From Acidimicrobiales bacterium (lineage in GTDB: Bacteria > Actinomycetota > Acidimicrobiia > Acidimicrobiales > Salinilacustritrichaceae), in assembly GCA_036275235.1 (NCBI GenBank), contig DASUEE010000325.1, forward strand, positions 1 to 37,262: DNA of 37,262 nucleotides, given 5' to 3'. Below the pieces are notes generated by a model that did no database searches, was not told the origin of the DNA, and saw nothing but the letters and a program-made list of their open reading frames with translations. Positions 34,400 to 37,262 of the stretch are shown piece after piece. How positions within the stretch are numbered: the stretch's first letter is position 1; the number at the start of each line of letters is the position of its first letter. The position numbers were made by a program, and so were the translations under genes.

Positions 34400-35434
34400 A
34401 TGCGCGTGGGCATCCTCACCGGTGGGGGCGACTGCCCCGGCCTCAACGCCGTGATCCGGGCCATCGTCCGCAAGGGGATCCGGGTGCACGGCGACGAGCT
34501 GCTCGGCTTCCACGACGGCTACCAGGGTGTGGTCGACCAGCGCTTCGTCTCGCTCGACGTGGAGTCCCTGCGGGGCAAGCTGCCCATCGGCGGCACGATC
34601 CTCGGCACCAGCCGGTACCAGCCCTTCATGGACGACGACGGCGTCGACCGGGTCCGCGCCTGCTTCACCGACCAGGGCCTCGACGCGGTCATCGCCATCG
34701 GTGGCGAGGGCACCCTCGGTGCCGCCCGCGACCTCGCCGACGCCGGCTTCCCGATCGTCGGCGTGCCGAAGACGATCGACAACGACATGGCGGGCACGGA
34801 GATGACCTTCGGGTTCCAGACCGCGGTGCAGATCTGCACCGATGCCATCGACCGGCTCCACACCACCGCCGAGTCCCACGACCGCGTCATGGTCGTGGAG
34901 GTCATGGGCCGCCACGCCGGGCACATCGCGGTGTGGTCGGGCATCGCCGGCGGCGCCACGGTCACGCTCATCCCCGAGGAGCCCTTCGACATCGAGGCCG
35001 TGTGCGACGCCATCGTGCGCCGCCACGAGGCCGGCCGGTTCGCCTCGATCGTCGTGGTCGCCGAAGGCGCGGTGCCGGCGCCGGGGAGCCTGCAGATCCT
35101 GCCCCCGGAGGTCGACGTGTACGGCCACCAGCGCCTCGGCGGGATCGGCACCGTCATCGGCGCAGAGATCGAGCGCCGCACCGGCTACGAGACCAGGGTG
35201 ACGATCCTCGGCCACGTGCAGCGGGGCGGCACGCCGAACGCGTACGACCGCGTGCTGGCCACCCGCTACGGCGTGGCCGCCATCGACCTGGTCCACGAGG
35301 GCCGCTACGGCCAGATGGTGTCGCTGCAGGGCGACCGCATCGTCGACATCTCCCTCGCCGAGGCCAAGGACCGGGGCCTGAAGACGGTGGACCCGCAGCT
35401 CTACGACGTGGCGCGCGTCTTCTTCGCGGCCTGA
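34400..35434 (+). CDS. pfkA: 6-phosphofructokinase (actinobacterial type)
   Basis: LTGGGDCPGLNAVIR, GGTILGTSR, IGGEGT, PKTIDND, EVMGRHAG, LGHVQRGG. Confidence 0.95.
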   Translation: MRVGILTGGGDCPGLNAVIRAIVRKGIRVHGDELLGFHDGYQGVVDQRFVSLDVESLRGKLPIGGTILGTSRYQPFMDDDGVDRVRACFTDQGLDAVIAIGGEGTLGAARDLADAGFPIVGVPKTIDNDMAGTEMTFGFQTAVQICTDAIDRLHTTAESHDRVMVVEVMGRHAGHIAVWSGIAGGATVTLIPEEPFDIEAVCDAIVRRHEAGRFASIVVVAEGAVPAPGSLQILPPEVDVYGHQRLGGIGTVIGAEIERRTGYETRVTILGHVQRGGTPNAYDRVLATRYGVAAIDLVHEGRYGQMVSLQGDRIVDISLAEAKDRGLKTVDPQLYDVARVFFAA

Positions 35435-35445
35435 GCGGGGATCGC

Positions 35446-36273
35446 ATGGCGATGCACGAGCGACAGGTCCTGGTCACGGGCGCCAACTCCGGCATCGGGC
35501 TCGCCACCGTCATCGAGCTGGCGCGCCGCGGGTTCCGGGTCACCGGCACGGTGCGCTCGGAGGCGAAGGCGGCCACGGTGGCGGAGGCCGCTGCGGAGGC
35601 CGGCGTCGAGGTGGCCACGGTCGACCTCGACGTCACCGATGCCCACCGCTGCGAGGAGGTCGTGGCCGCGCTCGGCCCGCTCCACGGCCTGGTCAACAAC
35701 GCCGGCTACGGCGTCACGGGTGCGATCGAGGACGTGCCCGACGACGAGGCGCGCCTGGTCCTCGAGACCATGGTGGTCGCGCCGATGCGCCTGGCCCGCC
35801 TCGCCGTCCCCGGCATGCGCGAGGCCGGTGGCGGCCGGATCATCAACATCTCCTCGATCTACGGCCGGATGACCACGCCCCTCACCGGCTGGTACCAGGG
35901 CTCCAAGCACGCCCTCGAGGCGCTGTCGGACGCACTGCGCATCGAGGTCGCGAAGGACGGCATCCACGTGGTGCTCATCGAGCCCGGCGGGTTCCGCACC
36001 AACATCTGGGCCGACCTCGAACGGGACCTCGAGAAGCGCCAGGGCTCGCGGTACGAGTCCGCGTACCAGCGCGTCGGCGGCCTCACCTCGCTGTGGTCGC
36101 CGCTGATGGGGGAGCCGGCGTCCTGCGCCAGGGTCATCGCCCGCTCGCTGCAGACCCCGATCCCGCGGCCCCGCTACCTGGTGGGCAGCGACGCCAAGCT
36201 GGCGGCCGCCGCCGACCGCCTGACCCCGGCCATGGTCAAGGACCGCGTCCTGCGCATCGTCCAGGGCCTGTGA
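35446..36273 (+). CDS. Short-chain dehydrogenase/reductase
   Basis: TGANSGIG, NNAG, SS, YQGSK; start 35446 or 35452. Confidence 0.92.
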   Translation: MAMHERQVLVTGANSGIGLATVIELARRGFRVTGTVRSEAKAATVAEAAAEAGVEVATVDLDVTDAHRCEEVVAALGPLHGLVNNAGYGVTGAIEDVPDDEARLVLETMVVAPMRLARLAVPGMREAGGGRIINISSIYGRMTTPLTGWYQGSKHALEALSDALRIEVAKDGIHVVLIEPGGFRTNIWADLERDLEKRQGSRYESAYQRVGGLTSLWSPLMGEPASCARVIARSLQTPIPRPRYLVGSDAKLAAAADRLTPAMVKDRVLRIVQGL

Positions 36274-36280
36274 CGGTCGC

Positions 36281-36880
36281 TCAGCTGACGGTGCGGGAGT
36301 AGTCGGCCCGGCCCACCGGCTCGCCGGTGGTCTCGAGGTCGTCGACGAGCGCGTCGGCGGGCTGGCCGTCGTTGCGGAACATCACCTCGTTGAACCCCGT
36401 GGTGGGGTGCGTGGCGGTCCACACGATCTGGGCGAGGGCGTTGCGCAGGGTCACGCCCTGCGGGCCCTGGTCGCCGAAGAGGCCCCGCACGTCGACGATG
36501 AGCCGGTCGGCGTCGACCGCCGACCGCTGCGCCGACAGCAGGGTGGCCGTGGAGGGGATGGCCGTGGTCAGCCCCTGCTCGGCCGGATCGCCGCTGCTCG
36601 GCGGTTGGGTGAACAGGCTGCGCAGGGTCGCCTCCACGCCTGCGTCGGCCGGGACGCGCCGGGCGACGGTCTGCAGCACGGTGGAGCCGTCGTCGGTGCG
36701 CAGCAGGTACACGACCACCTCCTTGCCGTCGGCGGCCTCGGGCTCGCTGGTCGTCGTGGTGGTGGTCTCGAGGCGGGAGAACGGCCCGGACAGCTCGACG
36801 GGCTGGTCGTTCGTCGGGACGTCGCAGGCGGCGAGCACCAGGGCCACGCCGACCAGCAGCGCTCGCAGGCGGCGGCTCAT
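36281..36880 (-). CDS. GerMN-domain lipoprotein (LpqB-like partner of a two-component system)
   Basis: Lipobox LAAC, Thr-rich linker, GLTTAIP, ALAQIVWTAT; ATGA overlap with kinase stop. Confidence 0.85.
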   Translation of the reverse strand: MSRRLRALLVGVALVLAACDVPTNDQPVELSGPFSRLETTTTTTSEPEAADGKEVVVYLLRTDDGSTVLQTVARRVPADAGVEATLRSLFTQPPSSGDPAEQGLTTAIPSTATLLSAQRSAVDADRLIVDVRGLFGDQGPQGVTLRNALAQIVWTATHPTTGFNEVMFRNDGQPADALVDDLETTGEPVGRADYSRTVS

Positions 36881-37260
36881 GCCAGGTCCTCCTCGGGCTG
36901 CTCCAGCTCGATGCGGGGGAGCTCCACGGCGAAGCGGGCCCCGCCGCCCGGCGCGTCGTCGACCCAGACGCGCCCGCCGTGCAGCCCCACGTGCTCGGCG
37001 ACGAGGGCGAGACCGAGGCCGACCCCGGTGCTGGCGCCCCGTCGCCCGGCGGCGCCGGCGCGGTTGAACCGCTCGAAGATGCGGTCGCGGTCCTCCGGGG
37101 GGACGCCCTCGCCGGCGTCGTCGACGTAGATCCGCACGTGGTCCTCGTCGGCGGTGACCGTCACCCCGATCGCCCCGTCGCCGTACTTCTCGGCGTTGCT
37201 CAGCAGGTTGGTGAGCACGCGCGCCACCCGCCGCTTGTCGATGGCCGTGATGATCGCCCC
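36877..37260 (-). CDS. Sensor histidine kinase, C-terminal HATPase_c domain (partial)
   Basis: NLLSNAEKY (N box), DDAGEGV (G1), IFERF (F), GVGLGLALV (G2); open to the window edge. Confidence 0.92.
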   Translation of the reverse strand, partial: GAIITAIDKRRVARVLTNLLSNAEKYGDGAIGVTVTADEDHVRIYVDDAGEGVPPEDRDRIFERFNRAGAAGRRGASTGVGLGLALVAEHVGLHGGRVWVDDAPGGGARFAVELPRIELEQPEEDLA

Positions 37261-37262
37261 CA

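Overview
Very GC-rich, densely coding chromosomal segment from an actinobacterium. The gene content and style suggest Acidimicrobiia, but that is inference. About 40 protein-coding genes can be supported; I see no rRNA, tRNA, CRISPR array, integrase or transposase. In order: usp-glpD-mtfA-like operon; AddB/AddA-type helicase-nuclease pair plus a VOC protein; DUF3566 protein coupled to a class A PBP; Fur/PerR-rubrerythrin-DUF3501; bldC-like, whiB-family, trpD and tetR genes; a DEDDh/GIY-YIG nuclease with a LexA box; two small Cys-rich proteins; sepH with a histone-H1-like Lys/Ala insert; queG; the actinobacterial pimB'-SRPBCC-ArsA/Get3-glucokinase cluster, interrupted by a degenerate SMC-like gene and an eRF1/Pelota-fold gene lacking the catalytic Gln; ppa; an aminotransferase; tetR; an ACT protein; glpK; pfkA; an SDR; a GerMN lipoprotein; and the end of a histidine kinase. 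Most very long ORFs in the supplied track are GC-rich shadow frames. The best leads are the apparently inactive SMC-like plus Q-less release-factor pair, the histone-tailed SepH, the DUF3566-PBP operon with possible BldC-type repeats, two 44-bp nested palindromes, a direct repeat bracketing rubrerythrin, and widespread leaderless promoters. All family assignments come from motif recognition by eye; no database searches were run.
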